Shown piece after piece: positions 15,568 through 16,579 of a DNA stretch of 16,579 bases. The first letter of the stretch is position 1. Every line of letters begins with the position of its first letter. This stretch comes from Fidelibacterota bacterium (lineage in GTDB: Bacteria; Fidelibacterota; Marinisomatia; Marinisomatales; TCS56), in the NCBI GenBank assembly GCA_043822705.1, contig JBDRBK010000036.1:1-16579 (forward strand), written 5' to 3'. A program made the position numbers and the translations under genes. The notes under the pieces were generated by a model. It was given only the letters and a program-made list of their open reading frames with translations. It was not told the DNA's origin and made no database searches.

Positions 15568-16579
15568 TTACACCGACAGTTTGCCTAATATCACCGGTCG
15601 TGCGGCGCCGGTCACCGCCGGCAGGTTGCCGGGAATTCCTTTTACGAACGCCGCCGCCAGCAGGGCGAAGCCCAGCGCTTCCTTTGCGTCGGGATCGACG
15701 CCGAAATCGGCGCTGGTTACCACCACCGCCGGTGCGAACCTGGTCGCTAACCGCACCTGCAGTGGTCCGTGATGCACACCTCCGCCGCCGACGATCAGGC
15801 AATCGACCGGATATTCTGCAAGAAATAAACGGCAATTCACATAAATACTATCGGCGGTGAAAGCCGCCAGGGTCGCCAGCCGATCGGCAACCGGCAACTG
15901 TGCCAGTTCGCCTTGGTGCTGTTCGAGCCAGGTCGGACCGTACTTGTCCCGCCCAGTGGATTTGGGTGGCCGCGCCGGTATGAAATCATCCTCCAGCCAT
16001 TCCCGGACCAGCTTTTCGTTGACCTCCCCGGTAGCCGCAAGTTCTCCACTGGCGTCGAAGCCGGCGCCAAATTCACGGCGCCAGGTCTCATCCAGCAGGG
16101 CCATACCGGGACCGGTATCGAAGCCGCTGACCGTACCAGTTCCGGACTGCGGTAACAAGGTCACGTTGGCCACACCGCCGATGTTTAGGGCAATGTGGGC
16201 GCTTCCAGGGACGCGAAACAGCCATTCATCGATACGCGGTATCAGCGGCGCGCCGGTGCCGCCGGCGGCGACATCGGCGGCACGGAAATCGGACACCACC
16301 GGGATACCGGTCGCCTGCGCCAGAAAGGACGGCTCGCCCACCTGCAACGTGGAATGACCGCTGATGTGGTGGATCGTCTGACCGTGACTGCCGATCAGAT
16401 CGATGGGCCCAGGATTATTGTCCGCCAGTACCGTTTTTACGGCCTCGGCATACCAGCGGCCCAGGTCGTAATTCAGGGCACAGACCTGTTCGGTGGTACC
16501 GGTGAGGGCGGCACGAATCTGGTTTTTCAGCGCTTCGGGAAACGGCACCGATGTAAAGAACCGGATTTCGAATTCCGCC
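15568..16579 (-). CDS. anmK: Anhydro-N-acetylmuramic acid kinase, 5'-truncated by the window edge
   Basis: Frame is open to the window end (AEFEIRFFTSVPFPEAL...). Motifs LIGSHGQTIHH, TLQVG, DFRAADVAAGGTGAPL, LNIGGVANVT, FDTGPG, PPKSTGRD, GGGGVH, KEALGFALL, PGNLPAVTGA. Confidence 0.95.
   Translation of the reverse strand, partial: AEFEIRFFTSVPFPEALKNQIRAALTGTTEQVCALNYDLGRWYAEAVKTVLADNNPGPIDLIGSHGQTIHHISGHSTLQVGEPSFLAQATGIPVVSDFRAADVAAGGTGAPLIPRIDEWLFRVPGSAHIALNIGGVANVTLLPQSGTGTVSGFDTGPGMALLDETWRREFGAGFDASGELAATGEVNEKLVREWLEDDFIPARPPKSTGRDKYGPTWLEQHQGELAQLPVADRLATLAAFTADSIYVNCRLFLAEYPVDCLIVGGGGVHHGPLQVRLATRFAPAVVVTSADFGVDPDAKEALGFALLAAAFVKGIPGNLPAVTGAARPVILGKLSV

Noticed and set aside
15566..15835. 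Arg-rich 90-aa N-terminal extension of the CE4 ORF (track start 15835)
   Set aside because: It overlaps the conserved anmK C-terminus in another frame. ATG 15565 follows the anmK stop by 2 nt and begins a proper lipoprotein signal peptide.
1..16579. CRISPR array, IS/transposase, integrase, tRNA or rRNA
   Set aside because: No regularly spaced repeats, terminal inverted repeats, recombinase motifs or RNA-gene signatures were seen; the window is almost fully occupied by metabolic CDSs.

Overview
Bacterial amino-sugar salvage and catabolism locus, almost entirely on the minus strand. Reading right to left: 5'-truncated anmK, a non-canonical CE4 deacetylase-like lipoprotein, a secreted GH9, a secreted beta-sandwich (DUF1080-like) protein, a small membrane protein, a sodium:solute symporter, and a 773-aa NagB-like/PIG-L-deacetylase fusion. 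These are followed by a compact six-gene operon, pta-ackA-acp-gntR(HutC/UTRA)-DUF4954-nagB. That operon has a clear sigma70-type promoter with a HutC/NagR-type operator in its 17-bp spacer, and it ends at an intrinsic terminator facing a convergent, 5'-truncated hybrid histidine kinase. The most unusual element is this operon: an orphan acyl carrier protein with an atypical GAES-IQ motif and a large hexapeptide-repeat DUF4954 protein are apparently co-transcribed with acetate activation (Pta/AckA) and GlcN-6P deaminase genes, suggesting an undescribed carrier-protein-linked acetyl/acyl step in amino-sugar metabolism. No RNA genes, mobile elements or CRISPR arrays were seen. All family calls come from motif recognition by eye, not from database searches.
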